From: Calditrichia bacterium
Lineage (GTDB): Bacteria; Calditrichota; Calditrichia; JAJRVZ01
DNA: 64,000 nucleotides
Assembly: GCA_963777955.1 (NCBI GenBank)
Contig: CAVZSQ010000022.1
Location: 576,001-640,000 of the forward strand
Reading direction: 5' to 3'
Below the pieces are notes generated by a model. It was given only the letters and a program-made list of their open reading frames with translations, searched no databases and was not told where the DNA came from. The translations under genes were made by a program, and so were the position numbers. This document shows positions 63,655 through 64,000 of this stretch, one piece after another; within the stretch, counting starts at the first letter, position 1; each line of letters opens with the position of its first letter.

Positions 63655-64000
63655 ATGAGCCGTATATTTCCGGCAGAAAAATTTCCAGCAAAAATCACAG
63701 TGGAATTCAATAACTACTGCAATTTTCAATGTACTCATTGTCATCGTTATGTAGTAAATCAAAATAGGCCCGCTGGAGAGTTTGATTTTAATCTGTTTAA
63801 AAATATAGTCTTTGAGGTGAGTAGGCATCCTGCTACAATTTTGAAAATCGGAGGTTGGGGAGAACCCGTTCTGCATCCAAAATTTCGGGAAATGATGTTA
63901 TATAGTTCTGAGAATAAAATAGGACATTTTTGTTTACAAACGGTACAGTCTTTAGAAAGCTTATCTTTTATTGATCTGCTGGAATTGTGTAAAACAGTAT
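63655..64000 (+). CDS. Radical SAM protein (partial; true start probably further upstream; runs off the window)
   Basis: Not in the ORF track: FPAKITVEFNNYCNFQCTHCHR...GGWGEPVLHP, then FTNGT after a frameshift. Confidence 0.85.
   Translation, partial: MSRIFPAEKFPAKITVEFNNYCNFQCTHCHRYVVNQNRPAGEFDFNLFKNIVFEVSRHPATILKIGGWGEPVLHPKFREMMLYSSENKIGHFCLQTVQSLESLSFIDLLELCKTV

Noticed and set aside
1..64000. tRNA, rRNA, known riboswitches, transposase or phage genes
   Set aside because: None recognised by eye; tRNAscan-SE and Infernal would be needed to exclude them formally.

Overview
Bacterial chromosome segment. The gene content and several C-terminal LxQNYPNPFN sorting domains suggest an FCB-group organism, probably Calditrichota/KSB1-like; this is inference. 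Many single-base indels break even essential genes (tsaD, pruA, wecB) and become dense after ~48 kb, so this looks like an unpolished long-read assembly. Left to right: TauE, cold-shock protein and esterase; a two-component system with a jelly-roll sugar-binding protein; a Gly-rich repeat protein; trxB; a DUF355-mutM-DUF62-YbbR-tsaD-vWA run; an accessory block of secreted proteins plus vapBC (18.1-27.5 kb); pruA; a probable arginine synthetase (ArcE-type GTPase)-arcC-sucCD-ndk-hbd-ackA cluster of ATP-yielding enzymes; the yceD-rpmF-plsX-fab-rnc cluster with a CsgG/TPR lipoprotein inserted; and an AT-rich polysaccharide locus followed by four radical SAM genes and a methyltransferase. The most striking unexplained structure is non-coding. 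Intergenic regions hold stacked mosaics of about ten unrelated short palindrome or tandem-repeat families. These recur across the window, usually start right after a stop codon, mostly point in the upstream gene's direction, nest inside one another, and include fixed-period (47-49 nt) repeat-spacer mini-arrays. No cognate transposase, nuclease or cas gene is in the window. No rRNA or tRNA was seen.
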